From an uncultured Actinomycetota bacterium (GTDB lineage: Bacteria; Actinomycetota; UBA4738; HRBIN12), in the NCBI GenBank assembly GCA_963733635.1, contig CAVTEH010000003.1, positions 352,574 through 416,573 on the forward strand: 64,000 bases of DNA, given 5' to 3'. Below, piece by piece: positions 49,819 through 60,277 of this stretch (positions are counted from its first letter, which is position 1; every line of letters starts with the position of its first letter). The position numbers and the translations under genes were made by a program. The notes under the pieces were generated by a model. It ran no database searches, was not told the origin of the DNA, and worked only from the letters and a program-made list of their open reading frames with translations.

Positions 49819-50169
49819 TCGATGGGTGAGGAGTTGAGCGACGTCCAGAAGACGATCGAGCAGGCGAAGGATGCGATGACCGTCCGTCGCGTGTTCGGCG
49901 ACCCGTACGAGAAGAACGGAGTCACGGTCATCCCGGCCGCCCGGGTTCAGGGCGGAGCCGGTGGAGGCGGCGGCGAAGGCCCCGAGGGCGCTGGCAAGGG
50001 CAGTGGTTTCGGCCTCACCGCGCGTCCCGCCGGGGCGTACGTGATCCGCGGCGACGAAGTGGACTGGCGTCCGGCGGTCGACCCCAACAGGGTGATCATC
50101 GGCGCGGCGCTCGTCGCGTTCGCAGCGCTCATGGTCGCCCGGACCGCGATCAAGTCGCGCGCGTCATGA
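49819..50169 (+). CDS. GerW/YtfJ-family protein (Spore_YtfJ domain)
   Basis: MTVRRVFGDPYEKNGVTVIPAARVQGGAGGGGGEG...PAGAYVIRGDEVDWRPAVD, with a C-terminal hydrophobic helix. Confidence 0.6.
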   Translation, partial: SMGEELSDVQKTIEQAKDAMTVRRVFGDPYEKNGVTVIPAARVQGGAGGGGGEGPEGAGKGSGFGLTARPAGAYVIRGDEVDWRPAVDPNRVIIGAALVAFAALMVARTAIKSRAS

Positions 50170-50357
50170 CCAGCAACAAGTCGGGCGCTGCAGCGGGGGG
50201 CGGGGCGTTCTACGGCCTCGGCATCATCGGTGCCTTCGTGTACTACTGGCAGCACGCCGACACGTTCTGGGAGTACGTGCTCGCGTTCATCCAGGGCCTG
50301 TTCTGGCCGGGCTTCATGGTCTACGAGATCTTCGAGGCGCTCGCCGCCGGGAAGTGA
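50166..50357 (+). CDS. Small hydrophobic membrane protein (ATGA-coupled to the upstream gene)
   Basis: MTSNKSGAAAGGGAFYGLGIIGAFVYYWQHADTFWEYVLAFIQGLFWPGFMVYEIFEAL. Confidence 0.4.
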   Translation: MTSNKSGAAAGGGAFYGLGIIGAFVYYWQHADTFWEYVLAFIQGLFWPGFMVYEIFEALAAGK

Positions 50358-50377
50358 TGTAGCGGGCCACGACCGAC

Positions 50378-51517
50378 ATGGCGACATCCGTGCTCGTCCT
50401 CGGTGCTGGGTTCGGGGGCCTGGAGCTGTCCACTCGACTCTCGGAGTCGCTCGGCGACCAGGTCGACATCACCGTGATCGATCGGTGCGGACGCATTCGT
50501 GTTCGGCTACTCCAAGCTGGACGTGATGTTCGGCATGCGTGACTCCAGACGCCGTCCGTCTGCGTTACGCCGACATCACCACGCCGCACGTCCGGTTCCG
50601 TCAGGAAACCGTGACCGCGATCGATCCCGAGTCGCGCCGGGTCACGACCGACCTCGACACCTATACGGCCGACGTGGTGGTCGTGGCGCTCGGTGCCGAC
50701 TACGACCTCGCCGCTACACCCGGTCTGGCGGAGGCCGGCAACGAGTTCTACTCGTTCGCCGGAGCCGAGGCGGTCGCGCGACGCGCTGCCGTCTCTTCGC
50801 TCGGGCACCGCGATCGTCGGCGTGTGCGGCACTCCGTTCAAGTGCCCGCCGGCGCCGAGCGAAGCCGCGATGCTCCTGGACGGGTACCTGCGCGAGCGGG
50901 GCGTCCGCGACGAGGTCCAGATCAAGGTCGTGATGCCGTTCGGCATGCCGATCCCGCCATCGCCCGCCACCTCGCAGGCGATCCTGGAGAAGTTCGCCGA
51001 GCGCGGCATCGAGTTCGTGTCCGATCGCAAGGTCGCGGCGCTCGACCCAGACACGCACGAAGCAGTGCTCGACGATGGCACCCGGCTCGCCTACGACCTG
51101 TTCCTCGGCATCCCCGTGCACCGCGCGCCGGCCGTGGTCGAGGCGTCGGGTATGACGGAGGACGGCTGGATCCCGGTGGAGCAAGGGACGCTCGCCACCC
51201 GATTCCCCGGCGTCTACGCCGTGGGCGACGTGACCAGCGTGGGCACACCGAAGGCGGGCGTGTTCGCAGAGGGCGCCGCCCGCGTGGTCGCCGACCAGCT
51301 GATCGCACGGATCCGCGGGCAGGCAGAGCCGCCCGACTACGACGGGACCGGCGCGTGCTGGATCGAGTTCGGCGACCACCAGGTCGGCCGCGTCGACGTG
51401 GACTTCTTCTCGACGCCCGGCCGCCCGACAGGGGCGTTCACGGCTCCCTCAGCGGAAACGGCCGCCGAGAAAGCCGAGTTCGGTGCCACCCGCCGAGCCC
51501 GCTGGTTCGGTCACTGA
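50378..51517 (+). CDS. NAD(P)/FAD-dependent oxidoreductase of the sulfide:quinone-oxidoreductase-like family, at least 2 frameshifts
   Basis: MATSVLVLGAGFGGLELSTRLSESLGDQVDITVIDR / SDAFVFGYSKLDVMFG / VGVCGTPFKCPPAPSEAAMLLDGYLRERGVRDEVQIKVV...VYAVGDVTSVGTPKAGVFAEGAARVVAD. Confidence 0.65.
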
Positions 51518-51895
51518 CGCGTCGTTCCCGGGCGAGTCCGACCCTTCGGGTGCGCTTCGAAGGTCGCGCGCAGTCGTTTGGGCGCCCGCTCGCGCCAGGA
51601 GTCGGTGAGCAGCTCGCGCAGCTCCTCGACGCCGACCTCGGCGTAGCGCACGAGCACCATCGCGTACCCGTCGTAGTGGGAGCGTCGTGAAGAACTTCCG
51701 CGCGATCCGAGGCCAGGAGCGCCTCCTTCTCCTCGAAACCGTCGACGAGCACCGTGATGCTCTCGCCGTCATCGCGCACGTAGCAGAAGCCCTTCTTGCG
51801 CACGCGGAACGAGGGCAGAGCCGCCATACGAGGGGTGCTCGTCGGTCTCGGGAAGCGAGAGCGCGATCCGGCGCACATCGTCCACGGTCGCCATG
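51511..51895 (-). CDS. MmcQ/YjbR-family protein, 2 frameshifts
   Basis: Own translation in three frames: MATVDDVRRIALSLPETDEHPSYG / AALPSFRVRKKGFCYVRDDGESITVLVD...EVLHDAP / HYDGYAMVLVRYAEVGVEELRELLTDSWRERAPKRL. Confidence 0.5.
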
Positions 51896-51959
51896 GCCGG
51901 TGGCATCCTCGCACGGCAGATCCGTTCCGGGATCTCGTCCAGATGTGACGTGCGTCACA

Positions 51960-53107
51960 GACGAGAGGCGGCGGCCGGCCATAGGTTCGAACACATGTTC
52001 GAGACAAGGAACTCGTCAGGGCGCTCGACGACGCGAACGCGCGTCGTGGCCCGTGCCAGCGCCGCCAACTGTCGCTGATCGCCCAGGTCGATCGCACCAA
52101 GGCCTGGCGCGGCTCGGGCGCGCGAGATCTCGCGCACTGGCTGTCGATGCGATACGGCATCTCCCACTGGAAGGCGCTGCCGATGGATCGCGGCGGCGCA
52201 TGCCTTGGAAGGGCTGCCTCACGCTCGCCGACGCGTTCACGGCCGGGCGACTGGGGTGGACAAGGTCGTAGAACTGTGCCGGTTCGCCGCGCCGGAGACC
52301 GAGGAAGGACTGGTCACTGGGCCGAACGGCGTCTCGTGTACCCCGTTCGGCGTCAGGGCGACATCGGGGTCCGCGCGTCGGCGGACCAGGTCGTCGAGGC
52401 CGAGGAGCGCCCGAAGCCTGTCGTGGTGGCTCTCGACGAAGGTCGTCGGGTCGGGCTAGAGGCGGAGCTCCCGGCAGCCCAAGGGGCGGTGGTGATCCGC
52501 GCGATCGAGCGCATGGCGGAACGAGTGTCCCCAGATGCCCGGCGAGAAGCCTCCGACCTCCGCCCCAGAGCGGCGTGCGGATGCGCTCGTGGCCATCTGC
52601 TCTGCTCGGATCGCCGCCGATACCGATCCCGATCGGGCGACCGTCGTGGTCCACGCACAGGTCGACGCCTTCGGGCAGCTCGCCGCATCCGAGTTGGAGG
52701 GTGGCGCACCGATCCATCGCCGGGCCGCCCAGCGCTTGCTCTGTGACTCCAGGACGCAGACCGTCATCGAGGACCCAGCCGGCACCGTGCTCGACCTCGG
52801 GCGCATGACGCGTGAGCCCTCGGCGGCCATGATGCGCCAGGTCCGGTACCGCGACCGTGGTTGCCGTTTCCCGGGGTGCGGCACCCGTTCGTTCACGCAG
52901 GCCCATCACATCGTGTGGTGGCGCCACGGCGGCCGAACCGACCTGAACAACCTGCTCCTGGTCTGCTCGTTCCACCATCGACTCGTCCACGAGCACGGCT
53001 GGTCCATCGAACGAGAAGCGGATGGCGCGATCGAGTGGCGTAAGCCCGACGGCGCCCGCTACCGGGCGGGCCCGTTGCCGGAGCCCGAACTCATCGCTCC
53101 CGGGTGA
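51960..53107 (+). pseudogene. DUF222 + HNH endonuclease protein (REP13E12-like element), many frameshifts
   Basis: N-region fragments AQVDRTKAWRGSGARDLAHWLSMRYGISHWKA, VDKVVELCRFAAPETEEGLV, ASADQVVEAEERPKPVVVALDEGRRVGLEAELPAAQGAVVIRAIERMAERV across frames. Intact C-terminal HNH VRYRDRGCRFPGCGTRSFTQAHHIVWWRHGGRTDLNNLLLVCSFHHRLVHEHGW. Confidence 0.6.
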
Positions 53108-53182
53108 CAGGATGACGTCGGACATCCGCTCGTTGCGCTGTCCTCCGGGGTCGTTCGCGCGTGGCGCGGTAGGCTAGACGAC

Positions 53183-53479
53183 ATGCCGGAGACCTTCGGG
53201 AAGCGTCAGCGTCAAGATGTCAAGGCCAAGAAGGCCGCCGCTCGAGAAGAGCGGCGTGTCAAGCGATCCCAGCGCAACGCCGATCGCGCCGCTGGCCTCG
53301 TCGAGCCGGGAACGCCCATCGAGCCCACCGAGCAGACGGTTCTCGGTCTCCCGGACGAAGCCGACCCGGAGTATGGGTCGAAGTCCCCCGCCTGCGTAAC
53401 GCGTTCTCGATCTACCGTCCTGTTTCGCCGGAGCCGCTCGACGCTGGGGTCTCGCACGCGCCGCTCACGACCGCGTTGA
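53183..53479 (+). CDS. Hypothetical basic small protein
   Basis: 98-aa ORF MPETFGKRQRQDVKAKKAAAREERRVKRSQRNADRAAG...; low complexity and uncertain. Confidence 0.25.
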   Translation: MPETFGKRQRQDVKAKKAAAREERRVKRSQRNADRAAGLVEPGTPIEPTEQTVLGLPDEADPEYGSKSPACVTRSRSTVLFRRSRSTLGSRTRRSRPR

Positions 53480-53961
53480 TGACGTCGGTGCCCGAGAGCA
53501 ACGCGGGCGTGGCCTCGGCGATCAACAACGCGATCTCCCGGGTGGGCTCCCCGCTCGTGACCGCGGTGATCTTCGTGGCGGTCGCCTCCAGCTTCTACGC
53601 CTCGATCTCGCGGCAGGTCCCCGAGGCGAACGTCGACTCGAGCGAGTTCCGCGCCCAGGTCTCCCCCTTGAACCAGCCCTCGCCCGACATGTCGCCGCAG
53701 ATCCGAGCCGCGGCCCGTTCGGCGTCGACGGACGCCTTCCACCTGGCCGTGCTCGTTTCGGTCGGCCTGCTCTTGGCCGGTGCCGCGATCAACGCGGTGG
53801 GGATCCGCAACCCTTCGGCGCGGGCGCCGCGGTGGCCCGGGTGGGGAAGTGCCACCGCCCGATGCGGCGGGTGCGGCGGCCCCGTCCGCGGCTCCTCCGA
53901 CGATTTCGTCGACGTGTCGGCGTCGGAACGAACGCCCACCGGCCCCGCTCGGGAGGCCTAG
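53476..53961 (+). pseudogene. C-terminal fragment of a DHA2-type MFS transporter (N-terminal about 300 aa absent)
   Basis: LMTSVPESNAGVASAINNAISRVGSPLVTAVIFVAV...AFHLAVLVSVGLLLAGAAINAVGI matches the last two TM helices of drug:H+ antiporters. Nothing upstream encodes the rest. Confidence 0.5.
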
Positions 53962-53994
53962 CCCTCTCCACGACTCACGGATCGCGACGCCGGA

Positions 53995-55578
53995 TCAGGC
54001 GTCCTGTCGAGGCACGATCTCGTAGATCTTGATCGGTCGGTTGATGCCCTTGAGGCTGATCTCATCGACCTGCCGGCCGTCGACGAAGTTGTCGACCGCC
54101 ACCATCGTTCGCTCCGTGACCAGGATCTGCCCCGCGGCCGCCTTGTCCGCCAAGCGGGATGCCAGGTTGACCTGGTTGCCGAGCACCGTGTAGTCGGTTC
54201 GTGCGGGCGAGCCGATGTCGCCCACGGTCACCCACCCCGTCGCGATACCGATGCCGATCTCGAAGACTTCGTCGTACCGGCGGAACCAATGGTCCTTGAG
54301 CGCTTGCAGCCGCTCGAGCATCTCGAGCCCCAAGCGCACGGCGCGCTCGGCGTGATCGTCCTGCGGGATCGGATCGCCGAAGAAGACCATGATGGCGTCG
54401 CCGACGTACTTGTCGAGCGTGCCGCCGTGCGCGAACACGAGGTCGGTCATCTCCGAGAAGTACTCGTTGAGCTCGTTGACGAGCTCTTCGGGCTCCATCC
54501 GCTCGGCCGCGGCCGTGAATCCCCGGATATCGGAGAAGAACGTCGTCAGGAACTTGCGCTCGATCCGAGCGTGACGTCCTGGGTTCCGGAGAGGATCGAG
54601 TCGGCGAGTCCCGGCGACAGGTAGCGCTTGAGACGCGTCGCCCGTTCGAGCTCGGCGACCTTGGTGTCCACCGTTTCCTGGAGATGCTCGTTGAGCGAAT
54701 GCAGGTCCTGGTAGAGCGTGGACAGCTGGCCCGTCGTGCGGTTGAGGTTCTTCGTGAGGTTGCCGAACTCGTCCCGGTTGGGCACGTCGACGTGCGTGTC
54801 GAAGTCACCATCTGCGATCTGCTCGAGCGCCTGCGTCGACGCGGCGCACCGGTCGGATCAGCGACCACGACAGGATGGCGCCAAGGGTCAGTGCGATCAG
54901 CAGGCTCACCCCCGAGAAGGTCGCCACGGCGATCGTCAGGAACCGACGGTGCGATGCGAACGAATCCGTCTCGGCGGCGACCAACTGCCTGCGACTCCGC
55001 GATCAGCGCGTTCAGGTCGTCTTCGAGCACGTGGGAGATCTCGTGCTCCTGCTCGATGTGGAGCCGCAGAGCCTCATCGACGCGGTCGGCGTCGAACAGG
55101 CTGGTCACCTCATCACTCGACCTCGGCGTACGTGGTGTTCACTCGCTCGACATGATCGAGCAGGGGCATCTCGCTCCCGGCGCCGTAGGTCCGCATCTCG
55201 GCGAGATCGTTGGAGAACTCCTGCTTCGCGTCGTAGATCTTCGGCGTGTAGCTGTGGATCGTCGAGCTTGAGCAAAGCCATCGCGCGGAAGTGGCTCTGC
55301 GAGGTGACCCCGTAGATCATGTCGCGGGCTTGACTCGCCTGCCGGTTGAGCGTGTTCAGCGTCTCGACCTGATCGCTCAGCCGGCTCAGCACGACGACGC
55401 TGAGCAGCCCCATCGACAGCAGCAGGAGTGCGATCAGCAGGAAGCCCGCCAAGCAGTTTCGTGTGCACGGTCGCCCGGATGCCGGCGACCCAATCGACGA
55501 ACGGCTTCAGGAACCGTGACAACGGTATGGAGTCGTTCGGTTCCGGACGCGCGTCTTCTGCCGCGCCGATCGACATGT
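53995..55578 (-). CDS. Membrane-anchored HAMP-domain class III adenylate cyclase, several frameshifts
   Basis: Cyclase C-half EELVNELNEYFSEMTDLVFAHGGTLDKYVGDAIMVFFG...VTVGDIGSPARTDYTVLGNQVNLASRL. HAMP-like NLTKNLNRTTGQLSTLYQDLHSLNE. N-terminal TM AGFLLIALLLLSMGLLSVVVL and MSIGAAEDARPEPNDSIPLSRFLKPFVDWVAG in other frames. Confidence 0.65.
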
Positions 55579-55707
55579 GTGTCCTCCCATCGCGATTCGC
55601 GAGATCAGTGCAGGTCAGGATGAACTCATCGCCATGCGATGGAAAGGTGGCGATGCTCATCATCTCCTCAGCAGCATCGTTCCGAGGTACGCTCGCGCCG
55701 TGTTCCG

Positions 55708-56879
55708 GATGGCCGTAGGGCATAGCGACGACGTCGACGCTCAGGACGCGGTCGAGGCCGTGGTGGCGCAGTGCGAAGAAGCCCTCGGCGGTGTGCGACC
55801 CAAGGCCGGGCTTCTCTTCTCCACCTACGACACGGATCCCAGACCCTGCATCGGCGGGCATCCGGAGCAGCATTCCCGGACATCGAGCTCGTCGGTTCGA
55901 CGTCCGTCGGGGAGATGTCCTCGGTGCTCGGCTTCCGCGATGACTCCATCACCTTGGCTCTGTTCGCCTCCGACACCGTCGACATCACCGCGGGGATGGG
56001 CGCGCGGCGTCTCGGCGGATGCCGGCGATCGCGGCGAGCCGATGCGGTCGGTGAGGCGGTGGGCAAGACCGACAAGGAGCCTCGTCTGTGCATCACGACG
56101 CCGTGCATCACGCGGCGATGACCCGTCGAGCCTGCTGCAGGAGATCCGTCGTGAGATCGGGCATGCCGTCCCGGTCCTGGGCGGAGGCTCGGGACCTCGG
56201 ACGGAGCCGGGTGAGCCGACTCAAGGCGTATCAGTTCTACAACGACTCGTGCTCCAGGACGCCGCACCCGTGCTGCTGTTCTCGGGCCCGCTCCGGTACG
56301 CGTTCGGTATCGACACGGGATGGCAGCCCGTTGGCCGCAAGGGCAGCGTGACCGACGCAGGCGGAGGAACGATCCGTGACGATCGACGATGAGCCCGCGC
56401 TCGCCTTCTTCGAGCATTACCTGGGCTCGGGAGCCAAGCCCACACCGGCGAACCCCTTGGCCGTCTTCGACAGCGATGCCGAGCAGACCCTTCTACCTTC
56501 GCGTCCCGTTGTCCTTCGACGCGGCGACGGGCGCCGTGAGGGTGGCGGGCGGCGTGACTCCCGGCGCGCTCGTGCAACTGACCGTCGCCGTCACCGACGA
56601 GATACTCGAGGGGACCAGGTCGGCGGTGCAGAAGGCGATCAAGGCCTATCCCGACGAGCCTCCAGCCCCCAGGCAGCGCTGATCTTCTCCTGCGCCATCC
56701 GCAAGCTGGTGCTCGGCACGCGGTCCGGGATCGAGCTGGACATCGCGCGCGACGAGCTCGGAGCCGGGATGCCGATCTGCGGGTTCTACTGCTTCGGCGA
56801 GATCGCCCCGCTCGAAGGTGGGTCGACCCGATTCCACAACGAGACGATCGTGGCGGTCATGATGGGCGAGGCCGCGTAG
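55708..56879 (+). CDS. FIST-domain sensor protein (FIST_N + FIST_C), frameshifted
   Basis: MAVGHSDDVDAQDAVEAVVAQCEEALGGVRPKAGLLFST / IELVGSTSVGEMSSVLGFRDDSITLALFASDTVDITAGMGA / ALIFSCAIRKLVLGTRSGIELDIARDELGAGMPICGFYCFGEIAPL. Confidence 0.6.
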
Positions 56880-56892
56880 AGGCGAACGCTCC

Positions 56893-57702
56893 ATGGCGGA
56901 CGACAGCGATCCGGGACCTCGTCCGAGGGACCTCGAGAAGGAGAATCGCGCGCTCGCCCGGAAGCTGGCAGCGCATGGGACTCCAACTTCCGCGCAGATG
57001 GAGGTGATGCAGGACGCCACCTCTAAGGTCCTGTCGCAAGCTGACGCGGGAGCTGGAGGAGGAACGAGCCGAGATCCCGAGGCGCTGCTGCTGAACATCC
57101 TGCCCAAGCGGATCATCGACCGGCTGGAAGGTGGCGAGCAGACCATCGCCGACCGCTTCCCGGAGCTCACCGTGCTCTTCAGCGACATCGTCGGGTTCAC
57201 GGAGACCTCGTCGGCCATGCCGCCCGACCAGCTGGTCTCGGAGCTGAACGGCCTCTTCTCCGGGTTCGACGAGCTCTGCGAGCGAACGGGCGTCGAGAAG
57301 ATCAAGACGATCGGCGACGCGTACATGGCCGTGGCGGGCCTGCCCGACACGCGGTCCGATCACGTGGCGGCGATCGCCGACCTGGCCCTCGGCATGAGGG
57401 ACCAGACCCTGGGTCGCGTGACGACGGACGCATGGAGCATCCGCATCGGGATCCACACGGGGCCGGCGGTGGCCGGCGTGATCGGCAAGAGGAAGTTCGT
57501 CTACGACGTCTGGGGCGACACGGTGAACGTCGCGAGCCGCCTCGAGACCTCGGCCGAACCAGGGCGGATCCACATCTCTGAACCAGTGGCCGACGCGCTC
57601 CGAGGGTCGTTCGATACCGAGCCGCGCGGAACGGTCGAGTTGAAAGGGAAGGGCTCGATCAGCACGCACTACCTGATCGGACCGGCACGGAAGCCTGACT
57701 AG
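56893..57702 (+). CDS. Soluble class III adenylate cyclase with N-terminal coiled-coil
   Basis: Intact 269 aa; LLLNILPKRIIDRL...LTVLFSDIVGFT...KIKTIGDAYMAVAG...GVIGKRKFVYDVWGDTVNVASRLE. Confidence 0.8.
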   Translation: MADDSDPGPRPRDLEKENRALARKLAAHGTPTSAQMEVMQDATSKVLSQADAGAGGGTSRDPEALLLNILPKRIIDRLEGGEQTIADRFPELTVLFSDIVGFTETSSAMPPDQLVSELNGLFSGFDELCERTGVEKIKTIGDAYMAVAGLPDTRSDHVAAIADLALGMRDQTLGRVTTDAWSIRIGIHTGPAVAGVIGKRKFVYDVWGDTVNVASRLETSAEPGRIHISEPVADALRGSFDTEPRGTVELKGKGSISTHYLIGPARKPD

Positions 57703-57858
57703 CGACGAGCTTCCGCGGCGTTGGTTCTCATCGTCGACCGCAGGTGTGTCGGGGCGGAGCAGCGTGCGACCATACCCAGCGTGGTTCCCATCCGGAAGGA
57801 GCGGGGAAGAGGGAAGATCGAGGAGATCGGTGCTGTATCGGGACGAGGGAGGATCACC

Positions 57859-58251
57859 ATGCGCATGAGAGGTTCGATGGCTGCCGCCTTGGCGCTGTTG
57901 CTGGTGGGGGGCCTGCTCGCCGGCTGCAGCAAGGCGGAGCGGCAGGAGGTGGTGGACGACACGGTCGAGGCCGCCGCTCGCCAGATCGCCTCGCAGGGAG
58001 GCACGGAGGCATTCGAGAACGAAGGCATCCAGGTGTCGGGCGATCTCGACTGCACGGCCACATCCGAGGGCGGCGCCGCCGAGGTGTCGGTCACGTGCAC
58101 CGGCACCGGCTCCGAGGGTGAGGAACTCGCCATCGACGGCTCGTTCCAGGTGGATGCCGGCGAGATCGGCGATTCCGCGCGAGGTTCGTTCGTGGGCACC
58201 GCCGACGGGAAGGAGGTCTTCTCGGAGAACTGCTTCGGCACTGGGTGCTGA
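57859..58251 (+). CDS. Lipoprotein (signal peptide + lipobox LLAGC)
   Basis: MRMRGSMAAALALLLVGGLLAGCSKAERQ...; Gly/Glu-rich mature part with four Cys. Confidence 0.6.
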   Translation: MRMRGSMAAALALLLVGGLLAGCSKAERQEVVDDTVEAAARQIASQGGTEAFENEGIQVSGDLDCTATSEGGAAEVSVTCTGTGSEGEELAIDGSFQVDAGEIGDSARGSFVGTADGKEVFSENCFGTGC

Positions 58252-58274
58252 TCGTCCGGGAGACGGCCTCCCGC

Positions 58275-58748
58275 CTAGCCCGGTCCCGAGTTGTCGTCCC
58301 CGTCCTGCGAAGCGTCGGCGATCGCGAGCTGAAGCGCGGCGATCAGGGTCGCGCGCTCTTCGTCGGAGAGCCGAGCTTCCGGGTGCACCAGGGTGTAGCT
58401 GACCGGCGGCATCTCACCGTCTTCGACCACCTCGATCAGATCCTTCGCCCGTTCCTGGGGCTGGTCCCACTCGGAGAAGTTCAGGGCGGCGCGGCCGTTG
58501 TCGACGTCGCGCTGGACCAGCCACGACATGGGTGCCACGTTCGAGTACCAGGGCCACACCGTCTCGTTGCTGTGACAGTCCATGCACGTCGAACGCACGA
58601 GGTCCATCCCGGCTCGGGAACCGAACGTGGCTGCCTGCGTCACGGGCGGGTTCGCATGATCGCGGCCGTACGGCACCAGCTGGATCGCGGCGAACAGGCC
58701 GAGCCCGATCAGGAACGTCCACCGGATCCATCGAGGAAGCCGTCGCAT
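58275..58748 (-). CDS. Haem-binding-domain (Haem_bd) membrane-anchored protein
   Basis: N-terminal TM; STCMDCHSNETVWPWYSNVAPMSWLVQRDVDNG...NFSEWDQP. Confidence 0.7.
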   Translation of the reverse strand: MRRLPRWIRWTFLIGLGLFAAIQLVPYGRDHANPPVTQAATFGSRAGMDLVRSTCMDCHSNETVWPWYSNVAPMSWLVQRDVDNGRAALNFSEWDQPQERAKDLIEVVEDGEMPPVSYTLVHPEARLSDEERATLIAALQLAIADASQDGDDNSGPG

Positions 58749-58784
58749 CGTCCCTTGCCCAGGCGCGCCGGAGCCAGCCCGTCA

Positions 58785-59135
58785 CATCGGGCTGATCAGC
58801 TGGAAGTAGTTGCCGTCGGGATCGGACAGGGTGGCGATCCAGCCCACCGGGGCATCGCCCATCTCGTACGGCTCCTTCACGACCGTGGCCCCGGCTGCCT
58901 TGAGCCGCTCGAAGTCGCCCTTCACGTCGGATGATTCGAGGTTCCACATGAGCCGGCCGGGCTGGGTGTTCTTCCCGCTGACCTCGCTGTGAGGTCCCAC
59001 GGTGACCCATCCGCTTCCCAGCTCCCATGCGGTGTAGCCGTCCTCTTCGAATACGGGCTTGCCGAAGAGCTTCCCGTAGTAGTCGGCCAAGCGCTGCGCG
59101 TCTTCGGACCCGATCAAGATGCTGTTCAGGTTCAT
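58785..59135 (-). CDS. VOC-family (glyoxalase-like) protein
   Basis: MNLNSILIGSEDAQRLADYYGKLFG...WELGSGWVTVGPHSEV...GWIATLSDPDGNYFQL. Upstream ORF-track extension is Arg/Pro-rich noise. Confidence 0.7.
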
Positions 59136-59241
59136 CGTTCTCCTCCCACGTCGTTCGAGTCGTTCGCAGGGTTGCTGTTCCCTGCGGCGAAGCACCCTAC
59201 ACCGAGGTGAAAGCCGGCGATCCATGCCGTTGGCTTCGCCA

Positions 59242-59490
59242 TCACCACCGGGGAGGCCGGGCAGGCGGGAGCGGACCCGGGGGTGGTGGGACGGGAGCCG
59301 GGGGCGGTTGCACGCCGGCTGCCTCGAGCTTCTTGGCGCGGCGCCAGGCCCACCACCCGTACCCACCAACGGCTCCAGCGAACGCCAGGTAGGAGCCGAT
59401 GCGGATGAGCCACGGTGCGAGCTTGGCGGCGAGCCATGCGGTGAGCGCGCCCTTGACCGGTAAAGCCTCGGCTGTTTCGTGAACGCCCAT
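59242..59490 (-). CDS. Small membrane protein with Pro-rich C-terminus
   Basis: MGVHETAEALPVKGALTAWLAAKLAPWLIRIGSYLAFAGAVGGYGWWAWRRAKKLEAAGVQPPPAPVPPPPGPLPPARPPRW. Confidence 0.4.
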   Translation of the reverse strand: MGVHETAEALPVKGALTAWLAAKLAPWLIRIGSYLAFAGAVGGYGWWAWRRAKKLEAAGVQPPPAPVPPPPGPLPPARPPRW

Positions 59491-59501
59491 CACGTCGGCC
59501 G

Positions 59502-59888
59502 CTATCGGGGGGTGGCCTCGGGTGGTTCTTCGTCGTTCCGGTCGGGCTCGTCGTCTCGTGGCGTGGCTTCGCGCGCGCTGCCACTTCCGGAGCGGATGGC
59601 GCCGGCGGTCTCTTCGACCGTGGCGGTGATGGCATCGCCGATCGCGCTGACGGCGTCGGTGAGCTCCCGCTTGGCCTCGTCGTCGCGGAGCGTATTCCCC
59701 AGGGCCGAGACCCCGCGGCCGAGCTGGTCGACCAGTTCCTTCGCGGCCTGCTTCAGCTCGCGCTCCTTCTCGTCCGCGTCGGCCGTGCTCGTCGATCCCG
59801 ATCCCTGATACCGATCGGCGACCCGGCGTCCCCACGAGCCGAACTTCTCGCCGACCTCGCTCCAGGCCTGCTTCGCGTTCTCGGTCAT
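59502..59888 (-). CDS. Hypothetical acidic protein
   Basis: MTENAKQAWSEVGEKFGSWGRRVADRY...ELKQAAKELVDQLGRGVSALGNTLRDDEAKRELTDAVSAIGDAI. Confidence 0.45.
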   Translation of the reverse strand: MTENAKQAWSEVGEKFGSWGRRVADRYQGSGSTSTADADEKERELKQAAKELVDQLGRGVSALGNTLRDDEAKRELTDAVSAIGDAITATVEETAGAIRSGSGSAREATPRDDEPDRNDEEPPEATPR

Positions 59889-60277
59889 CCCCTGAACCTC
59901 CTGACGTTGTCGATCCGCCAACCCTAGCGCGGGCATGGCGGTTCATTGTTGTCACACTTTCTCTGGAACATGAACCTGCAGGTCAGCGGGCATATGCGCT
60001 GGTCAGAGCGTTTGACGGGTCGGAGCGCCCGCACGTATGGTCACGGTGGTCCCAGGCAGTCGAAGAGATCGAAGCAGGGAACCGAACGGGCTAGAGCCGT
60101 AAGGCGACTCGGGGTACCTGCGAGTATGGGTGGGAAGCGTAACCATCTGTGCTTGCGGGGTACCTGGGGATCCCCAAAGCCGAGGTACCGCGAGGAAACC
60201 AAGCCGGTCGTGAGGTTGCCTGGGACCACCTTTTTCTGCTTCCGGAAGCCGAGGGTTCGAGAACAGGCATCCGATCA

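Noticed and set aside
52016-53125. 369-aa minus-strand ORF
   Set aside because: Antisense to the DUF222/HNH gene, whose C-terminal HNH motif is unmistakable on the + strand.
57721-57858. ORF-track N-terminal extension of the lipoprotein (start at 57721)
   Set aside because: An internal Met at 57859 is followed directly by a canonical signal peptide and LAGC lipobox. The upstream part is likely untranslated.
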